A program made the position numbers and the translations under genes. Source: a virus (lineage: Duplodnaviria; Heunggongvirae; Uroviricota; Caudoviricetes). From it: a stretch of 64,000 nt of DNA. The notes below the pieces were generated by a model. That model saw nothing but the letters and a program-made list of their open reading frames with translations, did not search any database and was not told where the DNA came from. This document shows, in pieces, positions 27,192 through 35,174 of this stretch; position 1 is the stretch's first letter, and each line of letters begins with the position of its first letter. The stretch covers positions 16,259 to 80,258 of the IMG/VR virus record IMGVR_UViG_3300011772_000022; one strand, written 5' to 3'.

Positions 27192-28639
27192 TTCAAGTCT
27201 TCAGCTCTGAGAATGTGAAAGGTTGAGTCGCCCAAGTCTTCTGGAAATTCAATCGGAGGTGTGTCGATTGGAGGAAGAGAAGATTCGAACACCTCTCTGT
27301 CATATTGTACCCGCATTTCCTCCATATATTCATGTGCCTTCTTCGTAGATAAAAATGGTACCTGAACCTCCGTTGTTAGATGACCAGATTGCAGGATAGC
27401 CCGCCCGGGAATATTCGGATTCAATTTAGCAGCTCCATCCTCTTGTTCACCTAGTAAGATTCGAGAGTTCAATTCATTCCGTACCCTGAATGCAACCGTT
27501 ATCGGGATATTGGCTTTACTATCACCCGGAAGTACCTTTGCATCCGGACGTTGAGTTGCCACGAATAAATGTATCCCTAATGCTCTTGCTAATCGTAGCA
27601 GCCTGTTAATCATGGAATGGGTGTATTCTAAAAGGTCTTTGGCTTTCATCATTCCCTTAGGTGGAGCCGAATTACCTTTAGTAGGTACAATGTTCAATCC
27701 ATAGATATAATCCTGCAAGTGTTCCGGGATGTTCCATAGCTCACTCTTCCCTACGCTTTCTGGTGAGAGTTCCGCCAGTTCATCGATAACCAACAAAATG
27801 TATGGTAGGTGCCCGACTGCTTCACGATACTCTCGAATGTTTGTGACCCCTGCATTGTAGAAGTCAGCCTGACGTTTATCCATTTCGGCTTCCACCGTTC
27901 GTAGCACTTCAAATGCTGAGAAGGCTTCCTTTGAGATTTCCCTGACATGTGGAGCATTTTTAAATAATTGAAATTCAAGACCTCCCTTTAAATCAATCAT
28001 ATAAATTTCTAAGTCGGTCGGTGTCTTCAGTGACATGAGTGATGTAAGAGCCTGCCGTACGAATACGGATTTACCTCCACCAGTTTCCCCACCGACCAAG
28101 ATGTGTGGACGTTTACCTAAGTCAACAATCTGTAAACCTTTCTTGCTCTCTCCTATAATGATAGGAAGTTCCATTCCTTCGGCTCCATCAAATCGTCTCG
28201 TGCTGAAAGTTTCTTGATGTTTTAAATGACCAGTTGAAATTTCCATTACGCAATACTCATCCTCCTGATACGTTCCAATCTCGGCATTGAGGTTTAGTTC
28301 AATAGCCGGAAGTTTACGGTTAATATCATCGATAGACATACCTGCGGGAAGTTTAAAATAGGCTTTGTATAAATAGTCCTCCTTTCTCTCCTCTTTTATA
28401 TAAGAAGGCGTGTATCTTTTGGTCTCACCTAAAAGCGGTTTGTGTTCCTTGTATAATCCGAATGACTCCCAGTTGTTAGCCAAGCGATAAGTTAACGGTG
28501 ATTTGAAGCGGTGGGTCTGATAAATTTTAAACCCCGCATAAGATGTTAAAGCAATGCCACCAACCTTAAATACATTTGCACCAACAATTTTCATAGCGGT
28601 TCCCAATACCGCCGGAGTAAGAATACTCATCAGTCCCAC
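27167..28639 (-). CDS. FtsK/SpoIIIE-family DNA-translocase-like ATPase with an N-terminal membrane anchor
   Basis: N-terminal hydrophobic segment; Walker A VGGETGGGKS; Walker B LLVIDE; the conserved ATQRP motif of the FtsK family. Confidence 0.75.
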   Translation of the reverse strand: MGLMSILTPAVLGTAMKIVGANVFKVGGIALTSYAGFKIYQTHRFKSPLTYRLANNWESFGLYKEHKPLLGETKRYTPSYIKEERKEDYLYKAYFKLPAGMSIDDINRKLPAIELNLNAEIGTYQEDEYCVMEISTGHLKHQETFSTRRFDGAEGMELPIIIGESKKGLQIVDLGKRPHILVGGETGGGKSVFVRQALTSLMSLKTPTDLEIYMIDLKGGLEFQLFKNAPHVREISKEAFSAFEVLRTVEAEMDKRQADFYNAGVTNIREYREAVGHLPYILLVIDELAELSPESVGKSELWNIPEHLQDYIYGLNIVPTKGNSAPPKGMMKAKDLLEYTHSMINRLLRLARALGIHLFVATQRPDAKVLPGDSKANIPITVAFRVRNELNSRILLGEQEDGAAKLNPNIPGRAILQSGHLTTEVQVPFLSTKKAHEYMEEMRVQYDREVFESSLPPIDTPPIEFPEDLGDSTFHILRAEDLNEKEDHSE

Positions 28640-28640
28640 C

Positions 28641-28838
28641 TCACAAGAATAAGTTTAATACAGGTAACATGAAGGCAACCTCTTTGGCTAGAATGTACCA
28701 AAGAATCGTAATGGTACCAACCCGAATCCATTTGACAAGTTTAGTCTTATTCTGGGTGATAGCAAATTTCTCACCAAGCCATCCTCCGAATATTGCCCCA
28801 GAACCTTTTGCTACGATAATCGATATTGTCTCAACCAT
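28641..28838 (-). CDS. small membrane protein (65 aa, 2 TM helices)
   Basis: Hydrophobic; immediately upstream of and coupled to the FtsK-like gene. Confidence 0.45.
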   Translation of the reverse strand: MVETISIIVAKGSGAIFGGWLGEKFAITQNKTKLVKWIRVGTITILWYILAKEVAFMLPVLNLFL

Positions 28839-28936
28839 GTCTATCCTCTCCTTATGGACAAGTTTGTTATACCCATATACTCTAGGTAGCCTCCGGCGAT
28901 TTTTCGTTAGGAAAAATCCGTTACCTAGAGTATATG

Positions 28937-29236
28937 CTATGAGGTTGCCTGTGTTACGTAAGGGACAGGTTCCTCATCAGAATGGGCTTCACCTTGAAAG
29001 TGCCCCTCCATTTCCATGTACATTTCTTGCAGCTCAACTGCTTCATTAATTAACAGGCTTACATATAATCGGTATTTATCGGAAGTTGTTGGCATGAGTT
29101 CTGGTTTTGTTGCTAAATCCTCCTTCAATTTCTTGATTGTCTTCAGTGCCGTATCGATGTTCTTATCGTACGCTTGAAACCATTTTAAATCTTTATCAGT
29201 ATATGAAGTATGCATTCTAAAATCTCCGCCTTTCAT
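28937..29236 (-). CDS. hypothetical protein (99 aa)
   Basis: ORF. Confidence 0.45.
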   Translation of the reverse strand: MKGGDFRMHTSYTDKDLKWFQAYDKNIDTALKTIKKLKEDLATKPELMPTTSDKYRLYVSLLINEAVELQEMYMEMEGHFQGEAHSDEEPVPYVTQATS

Positions 29237-29241
29237 CCTAG

Positions 29242-29382
29242 TTATTTATTAGTCTTTTTAACGGTAGCAATTGCTCTCCGATTGACCCATACCTGCGTTA
29301 CCTTTCCTGCTTCGAACATGACCCTGAATTCCGCCACCTTCATTAGGTCATCAAGGATTGTAATTTTCGTTGGTTTATTCAT
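29242..29382 (-). CDS. small hypothetical protein (46 aa; below the track cutoff)
   Basis: RBS ATAGGGGAGATTGACG before the ATG; MNKPTKITILDDLMKVAEFRVMFEAGKVTQVWVNRRAIATVKKTNK. Confidence 0.3.
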   Translation of the reverse strand: MNKPTKITILDDLMKVAEFRVMFEAGKVTQVWVNRRAIATVKKTNK

Positions 29383-29496
29383 CGTCAATCTCCCCTATCA
29401 TTCTGGTGTGTTTTGTTTCTTAGTCTAATATATGTTATATGTGTTATTTAATGTCTGTCCGGACCTGAACTATTTAATTTTCTGCACAACGAAAAA

Positions 29497-29523
29497 AGAC
29501 ACCCTATCGCAAAGTGTCTTTTT
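29497..29523. terminator. bidirectional rho-independent terminator (AGACAC..GTGTCT flanked by an A-run and a T-run)
   Basis: gaaaaaagacaccctatcgcaaagtgtctttttaag. Confidence 0.55.
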
Positions 29524-29958
29524 AAGATGAACTTATTTAGAAAGAGGACGACTTATGAAACGGAATCCATAAGCAGTCAGATATACAAGTGGTGAGTAGG
29601 CACCTGTATGTCATGATTCAAGTTTAGGATGAAGCTGCATTATACCCCATTGGAAGAAATCCCATAGAAAAGAGTTACCCTTAGGAATATTATACTATGA
29701 ATTCGTTTTATTGCCAACATTTTCTTGTATGAGCCTTACGAATTTTCGCTCCTCTTCCTTTACCTGTTCAATCATTCTTTGAAAATACTTATCTGGCAAT
29801 TCGTATTCCCCCTCAGTGTTTTGTTTTACAGTATATGAGTTAGTAGACAAGTTTATTCATCCTTTCGTTTTGTAATGGATGGACAACCTTCTTGTACCAT
29901 ACATTCCGCCGAGTCTCGCCCCAAGGCGAAGGGAGCGGAATGTATGCTTTCTATATAC

Positions 29959-30435
29959 CTATGACGTGACTAGTAAGTAGGTGAATACGACTCCTGTAAG
30001 GACAAAGATGACAGCCTCAGATATTTTCCCTGTTCTATATGTGATAGGTGCTTTGTATTTCTTTTTACTAAATGGTGCAAGTAAGGGTACCCCTGATTTG
30101 GAGAAGTAATCCCCTAGTATATGAGAGGCGTATCCGAATATTAATCCCGCCGAAAAGGATAATGGTAATACAATTGCGGGGATTAATGCTAATGCTCCTA
30201 CGATTAATGTACACGGAATGGAATGAGTGAATCCTCGATGACCACATAATTTATTAACCAATTTGGATATCGGTTTTAATCTTCTTCCTATATAAGAATT
30301 AGGATGGTCAATGTCAGGTAATGTTGAACCTAAAATCACTCCGCCGTAAAACCCAATCGAGAATGGGGCATTTGCTACTCTCATTACTCCTTGCGCCAAG
30401 GTAACCGATGTAAGCATATGAGTTTGATACAACAT
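29959..30435 (-). CDS. YdjM/DUF457-family membrane-bound metal-dependent hydrolase
   Basis: Multi-TM with HRGFTHS and HILGD motifs; RBS AAAGGTGGGATTTTT before the ATG. Confidence 0.6.
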   Translation of the reverse strand: MLYQTHMLTSVTLAQGVMRVANAPFSIGFYGGVILGSTLPDIDHPNSYIGRRLKPISKLVNKLCGHRGFTHSIPCTLIVGALALIPAIVLPLSFSAGLIFGYASHILGDYFSKSGVPLLAPFSKKKYKAPITYRTGKISEAVIFVLTGVVFTYLLVTS

Positions 30436-30484
30436 AAAAATCCCACCTTTCTACAGTATAGTCAGAAGGGTAGGATTTAACACC

Positions 30485-30563
30485 GCAATCTTTAGTTTAT
30501 TTATAGCTTTATATTGTTAGTTAAAATTCTTAACCTCATGTGGTAAAGAATCTTTACCTCATT
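30485..30563. repeat. conserved ~78-bp intergenic element, copy B
   Basis: gcaatctttagtttatttatagctttatattgttagttaaaattcttaacctcatgtggtaaagaatctttacctcat; same orientation as copies A and C. Confidence 0.8.
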
Positions 30564-30843
30564 CACTCTTTTTGTGTATCTCACCTGTCATCGTTATTTC
30601 CCAGATAGTCGGTTGAATCAAGAAATAATATTCAGGTGTCGCAAGCGGATTCGGTATGCATTTAGTACGCAGAGTCCATTTGATTGAATAGTTATCAAGA
30701 GGGACACCTTTATCTTCGAAGTATCCCGTAATGGCATGTTGCATCCGATTTGTTTCTAGATGTATCTGGTCATCCGTCGGTGCCTCAGTGCATCCCCATC
30801 TGGTCGATAACATTGCGCTGCTACCTATGAATTCATCTCTCAA
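30559..30843 (-). CDS. hypothetical protein (94 aa); its 3' end overlaps repeat copy B
   Basis: ATGA coupling with the upstream gene supports it, but the C-terminus runs into the repeat. Confidence 0.35.
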   Translation of the reverse strand: MRDEFIGSSAMLSTRWGCTEAPTDDQIHLETNRMQHAITGYFEDKGVPLDNYSIKWTLRTKCIPNPLATPEYYFLIQPTIWEITMTGEIHKKSE

Positions 30844-31199
30844 AAGTCATCTTCCTTTCGTGGTTCATTATCTGTATACACCGTAGCGCATAACATAAAG
30901 CGAATAGGGAGTAGTGATTCGTAGCGTAGTTCGCTTGAAACGAATTCCGGTACATCATCTTCAGGGGCATGTTTCTTATACATGAAATCACCAAGGAATA
31001 AGTTAAGGTGGGTACGTCTCCTGCCATCCGTTCTAAAATCCGTGAATGCTATCATAAGTTCATGCTTCAATGCGTGTTTTATACTATCTATGAATCGTGG
31101 GTCGTCTCCATGTAATGCTAATGCTTCTCGGCTTACATCTCTATACGCCGTTAGGGTCTCAATTTTCTCAACTGCTTTCAGGTCATCTCGTCTTTTCAT
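30840..31199 (-). CDS. hypothetical protein (start re-assigned to MKRRDDL)
   Basis: RBS TAGGAGGAGAAAGAGG before ATG 31197-31199. Confidence 0.45.
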   Translation of the reverse strand: MKRRDDLKAVEKIETLTAYRDVSREALALHGDDPRFIDSIKHALKHELMIAFTDFRTDGRRRTHLNLFLGDFMYKKHAPEDDVPEFVSSELRYESLLPIRFMLCATVYTDNEPRKEDDF

Positions 31200-31220
31200 C
31201 CTCTTTCTCCTCCTATAGAA

Positions 31221-31245
31221 AAAGCAGACAATTAAGTCTGCTTTA
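31221..31245 (-). terminator. rho-independent terminator (AAAGCAGAC..GTCTGCTTT plus TTTCTATAGG on the minus strand)
   Basis: aaagcagacaattaagtctgcttt overlapping the stop of 31243..31539. Confidence 0.45.
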
Positions 31246-31539
31246 CTTTTGTAGTTTGGTAATCTCTCTTGTATCATGACGTAAGCTCAAGTTCGGTTCC
31301 TTCGCAATCGGAATATTATACTTCGCACGAATCTCATTCCACCATGCTTCATCCTCTTTCATAAGTTCAGCACGTTGGTCTTCAATCTGCTTCAGCATAT
31401 CGTTGTTCGCTTTACGTCTGTAATTAATAGCGATAATTTCCTTTAGTTCACCCTTACTAATAACCGCAAGAGTTTCTACAGAAGTGTCAGGACCGTTACC
31501 TAAATCCATGCCGATAATTTCTTTTTTCTCTTCAGCCAT
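31243..31539 (-). CDS. hypothetical protein (98 aa)
   Basis: ATGA-coupled to the SPFH gene. Confidence 0.45.
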   Translation of the reverse strand: MAEEKKEIIGMDLGNGPDTSVETLAVISKGELKEIIAINYRRKANNDMLKQIEDQRAELMKEDEAWWNEIRAKYNIPIAKEPNLSLRHDTREITKLQK

Positions 31540-32420
31540 TACTTCTTCACCTCACCTTTCAATAATTCGCTTGGCATGTTAATGATTGAGCTTCCACCAC
31601 TTACAAGCGGTTGCTTACCATCCCATTTCTTAGCGATTTCATAGTTGATGATGTCAGGAGATAATGATTGTTGTAACTCTTTATTGGCTTTCGCTTCACC
31701 TTGAGCAGCGATAACCTTTTTATCTGCCTCACCTTGAGCCTCTGCACGTTTCTTATCGGCTTCAACCTTAGCAGTTTCTAATGCTACCTTCATAGTTTCT
31801 TGTGCCTGTTGAGCATCTACTTTCGTATTGATTGCTTTCATAGCACCTTCGTCAGGTCGGATTTCACCAAGTGTAAATTTCTCAAGGTTGATACCATCTA
31901 CCTTTAATCGTTTTGCTAGGTTGTCCTGTACCTGTGTTTGAATCTCACCACGTTTTTCACCATATACTTCTAAAATGCCATATTTAGACGTTACTAATTG
32001 TATTGCATCCTGAAGTTGAGATTTGATATATGTTGCTTCAATCTGTTCTGAGGTTTGACGTTTGAACTTCGTGAAGATGTGTGGCAGCTTTGAAGCCTCC
32101 ATATTGTACGAATACATCACATCCAAGTTCACTGGCTTACCTTCAGAAGTGGATACGTTTAATGAATGGTCTTCATCTTTCGTCTTCTTTAGGTATACAG
32201 TTTCAGTCGATACCGGATAAGCCGTTACTGACTTCCACGGTAGAACAGGTTTCAAACCTTGTCCGAGTGTTTCTTCTTCGAGTCCACCCATCTTATTGTA
32301 TACAACACCTGCATACCCCGGGGTAATTTGTACTGAGCAAGCAGCGAATCCTCCGACCGCCAATGCAATTGTGCCACCGATTACGGCAGCGCCTCTTTTC
32401 CAAGTTTTAAATGGATTCAT
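31539..32420 (-). CDS. SPFH/band-7 (stomatin/prohibitin/HflKC-like) membrane protein
   Basis: N-terminal TM helix, SPFH domain, and a long Ala/Gln/Glu/Lys-rich coiled-coil (KVDAQQAQETMKVALETAKVEADKKRAEAQGEADKK). Confidence 0.75.
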   Translation of the reverse strand: MNPFKTWKRGAAVIGGTIALAVGGFAACSVQITPGYAGVVYNKMGGLEEETLGQGLKPVLPWKSVTAYPVSTETVYLKKTKDEDHSLNVSTSEGKPVNLDVMYSYNMEASKLPHIFTKFKRQTSEQIEATYIKSQLQDAIQLVTSKYGILEVYGEKRGEIQTQVQDNLAKRLKVDGINLEKFTLGEIRPDEGAMKAINTKVDAQQAQETMKVALETAKVEADKKRAEAQGEADKKVIAAQGEAKANKELQQSLSPDIINYEIAKKWDGKQPLVSGGSSIINMPSELLKGEVKK

Positions 32421-32562
32421 CCTTCTTTTCCTCCTCGTCCTCTTTTGAGATTCGAGGGGTTAGAAGATTCTTAGTCTTTTCTCCTACAACCTCGCCGAAA
32501 AATTTGGATAATACCCACCACAAACAAATCGCAGAAATGATTATAAATAGAATCCAAGCCAT
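32407..32562 (-). CDS. small membrane peptide (start re-assigned to MAWILFIII), coupled upstream partner of the SPFH gene
   Basis: RBS GAGAGGTGGTGAGAAGAAA before the ATG; one TM helix plus an acidic tail; overlaps the SPFH start. Confidence 0.4.
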   Translation of the reverse strand: MAWILFIIISAICLWWVLSKFFGEVVGEKTKNLLTPRISKEDEEEKKDESI

Positions 32563-32969
32563 TTTCTTCTCACCACCTCTCGTCCTAATACCTATTATAA
32601 GATGTATTAGCAAATATTACAAGACATAAAAAAGAAACCTACCACATATAATGATAGATTCCTCTTTTAACTTAATTGTGTATCGCCTTTAGGCTTTTGA
32701 TTTTTTGGTTTTTTGGGTGTAACACATCGACGTGCGACGAAGGATAAAGGTCTATGCTAATCTATAAACCAAAGATGCGGTACGGTTCTTAGCTCCACCG
32801 TGGAGAAATACGTTATCCTGCGTATCCAAACCTCCTAGTTGCGTTAAGAGGTTTCATAGAGATGAGTAAAGAGGGTTCAGTACCCTCTAACTCATGCAAT
32901 TATCGCCGCATGGGGTCGTTGTAATTACAAACTAATTGTACCACATATTTCCTGCCTGTACAATCCCTA

Positions 32970-32998
32970 TAGACAACGGTTCTTCCAACCGCTATAAT
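32970..32998 (+). promoter_or_regulatory. sigma-A-type promoter for the HNH gene: -35 TAGACA, 17-bp spacer, -10 TATAAT
   Basis: tAGACAacggttcttccaaccgcTATAATga, about 20 nt upstream of the HNH ATG. Confidence 0.5.
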
Positions 32999-33015
32999 GA
33001 AATAAAATATGTAGG

Positions 33016-33543
33016 ATGGAGGAACACAAGTTGGCTTCATGGAATATTGGTGACCAAGTATTTTATTTTACTATCTTAGAAAAAACAAATGAAAAGAAAA
33101 GAGGGTATTATCTTTTTAGAGCAAGATGTGTATGTGGAAAAGAAGAGTTAATTCACAAAGGACAGATATTCCCAGACAGAAAAACATCATGTGGTTGTAT
33201 TCGACATAACAAATTAGTGGCAAGAAATAAGTCACATGGTCTTTCTAAACATCCGTTATACGCTCGATGGAAGCAAATTCGTAATCGATGTCACAATCCT
33301 AATTCAGATAAGTACATATTCTATGGAGCAAGAGGTATCGAGATGTGTGAAGAATGGAGGTCGAACCCACAAGCGTTCTTTGATTGGTATTTGAGTAAAA
33401 CAGATGACCTTTCATTAACCGTAGACCGTAAAGATAATAATGGTAATTATGAACCTGATAATTGTCGTCTCATTACCATACAGGAACAACAAAGAAATAG
33501 GAGACCTCGTTCCTGTTATAGAAGAGAAAAGGATGCTCAGTGA
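33016..33543 (+). CDS. free-standing HNH homing-endonuclease-like protein (only plus-strand gene in the window)
   Basis: SKHPLYARWKQIRNRCHNPNSDKYIFYGARGIEMCEEWRSNPQAFFDWY is the phage HNH_3/AP2-type endonuclease signature; it has its own promoter and terminator. Confidence 0.75.
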   Translation: MEEHKLASWNIGDQVFYFTILEKTNEKKRGYYLFRARCVCGKEELIHKGQIFPDRKTSCGCIRHNKLVARNKSHGLSKHPLYARWKQIRNRCHNPNSDKYIFYGARGIEMCEEWRSNPQAFFDWYLSKTDDLSLTVDRKDNNGNYEPDNCRLITIQEQQRNRRPRSCYRREKDAQ

Positions 33544-33558
33544 GCATCCTCTTTTTAT
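33531..33558. terminator. bidirectional rho-independent terminator shared by the HNH gene (plus) and the holin gene (minus)
   Basis: aaaaggatgctcagtgagcatcctctttttat; T-runs on both strands. Confidence 0.55.
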
Positions 33559-33776
33559 AGCAAGTTGTTATCTTTTAATACTTCTTTTTGAGCAATGCCC
33601 TTCGAAGTTAGGTACGTATTCTTCCACCCACAATAAAGGATGTACACACCAGATACAACCGCAACAATATTGTTCGCTAAACCTTCGTCGATAGTTTGAT
33701 AACCTACTAAGTTAAGAACGGAGTTAATTACTGCAATAACTAAAAGGATGTAGCGTGAGATTGAAGCCTTGTCCAT
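33555..33776 (-). CDS. holin (start re-assigned to MDKASISRY; the track M is a GTG)
   Basis: RBS GGAGGTGGGAATT before the ATG; ~73 aa, one or two TM helices, charged C-terminus; immediately upstream of the endolysin. Confidence 0.6.
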   Translation of the reverse strand: MDKASISRYILLVIAVINSVLNLVGYQTIDEGLANNIVAVVSGVYILYCGWKNTYLTSKGIAQKEVLKDNNLL

Positions 33777-33797
33777 AATTCCCACCTCCTTTCAATA

Positions 33798-34604
33798 TTA
33801 CTCTTTGATTTGGCAGTACCAACCGTTGTCATCCATGAATTTCTTGAATTCAGAAATTGCAGGTTCAGACAGTCCGCCAGTAACGAAGAACATGTCTCCA
33901 CGACCAGTGAATTCAGCTCGTGCCCACCATTTACGGTCAAGCATGTATTTAGAAACCTTAGCAATCGCTTCAGCATCATTGAATCCACCTGTTTCGAAAT
34001 ACTTAGGCTTTGCATCCTGACCAAGGAACCAAGCAAGGTCTTTGTCACCTACTAATTTATTACGGTCCACTTTGCCGATACCATCCATCCAACCGCCTGT
34101 TTCGCCATCAGCACATTGCCAGATGTCACAAGGGTAGGCAGGTTTTGGTCCGCCGTAACGTGGAATCCATAAGAAGTCAGCCTTCAAGTTATTCAAACCA
34201 TACTTCGGATACATATGGTGAGAAATGTACACGCCGACTTTCCAACCTTTAGATTTACAACGGTCAATGAATGCCTGAGATGCAGCAGCTAGATTAGTAG
34301 CTCCACAAGATGCTAATGTGTCATCCTCAACATCTAACACTAAGAACTTAGCATGAGGATTCGTTCTAGCCATGAAATCATCTGCTTCAATGATTGCATC
34401 TTTAACAGATACATAACATCCGTAAGCGTAAGCAGCATGAGGTACATTACGAGCTTCTAAAGCTGCAACGTATTCTTTGTACTTCTCGTCGATTTTGTTA
34501 GAGCCATATTGCACACGACAAATTACAAGACCGACCTGAGGAGCGACCTTATCCCAGTTTGGATTACCATTCCATTTGGAAACATCAATAATTTCGTCAC
34601 CCAT
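33798..34604 (-). CDS. endolysin, glycoside hydrolase family 25 muramidase with a C-terminal cell-wall-binding region
   Basis: IIDVSKWNGNPNWDKVAPQVGLVICRVQYG and the acidic catalytic residues of GH25; start MGDEIIDV behind RBS GAGAGGTGGAATTTAAA. Confidence 0.75.
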   Translation of the reverse strand: MGDEIIDVSKWNGNPNWDKVAPQVGLVICRVQYGSNKIDEKYKEYVAALEARNVPHAAYAYGCYVSVKDAIIEADDFMARTNPHAKFLVLDVEDDTLASCGATNLAAASQAFIDRCKSKGWKVGVYISHHMYPKYGLNNLKADFLWIPRYGGPKPAYPCDIWQCADGETGGWMDGIGKVDRNKLVGDKDLAWFLGQDAKPKYFETGGFNDAEAIAKVSKYMLDRKWWARAEFTGRGDMFFVTGGLSEPAISEFKKFMDDNGWYCQIKE

Positions 34605-34627
34605 TTTAAATTCCACCTCTCAAAATA

Positions 34628-34987
34628 TTATTGGAAAAACGGTACGATTTTCGTGATACCGAAAGCAGCGAGTACAATTGTTCCGAGGATTGTAACGGAG
34701 CCAATGATGAGTTTACGATAGAAGATTTTTTCTGCATTCCCATCTTCAGTAGACTTGTCCAATGCAGTCATGACTAATTTCATCATTTCATTACGAATCT
34801 CCTTCGTGTCCGATTGCACTAGTAATATTGTACTCTGTACAGTCTCCATCATCTTCTCCATTTTGGCATCCTGAACAGACTTTTCTTTCAGTTCCACTCG
34901 AATCTCTTCTACGGACCCCTCAACTTTGTTCAATCGTTCAACAACGTTTTCAAAATCCCTATCTGTAAATACATGCGGTTCCTGCAT
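34628..34987 (-). CDS. XhlA-like lysis-associated membrane protein (haemolysin XhlA family)
   Basis: N-terminal coiled-coil, single C-terminal TM helix (IIGSVTILGTIVLAAFGI); sits next to the holin/endolysin pair as in Bacillus PBSX-like lysis cassettes. Confidence 0.5.
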   Translation of the reverse strand: MQEPHVFTDRDFENVVERLNKVEGSVEEIRVELKEKSVQDAKMEKMMETVQSTILLVQSDTKEIRNEMMKLVMTALDKSTEDGNAEKIFYRKLIIGSVTILGTIVLAAFGITKIVPFFQ

Positions 34988-35174
34988 GTTAATACCCCCT
35001 TATAATCACCTCCTGAATTCTATCCCGTATGTTTCTCTCGTTGGTTGTACGTTAAGACCGCTTTCAATCGGTTGTCTATTTGTATGAGAACCCCTTCCTG
35101 AAACGAAAGGGGTTACACTCTAATGATACTTTAAAATAGGTAAATTTTCTATAACTTAGCAAAGTTTACCCTAC

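Noticed and set aside
30833-31027. 64-aa minus-strand ORF overlapping 30840..31199 in another frame
   Set aside because: It is fully nested in an RBS-supported gene and has no RBS of its own.
32740-32800. Possible tRNA in the non-coding region upstream of the HNH gene (ggttcttagctccaccgtgg)
   Set aside because: No proper T-loop consensus (GTTCRANYC), no cloverleaf, and no CCA-proximal acceptor pairing could be built by eye.
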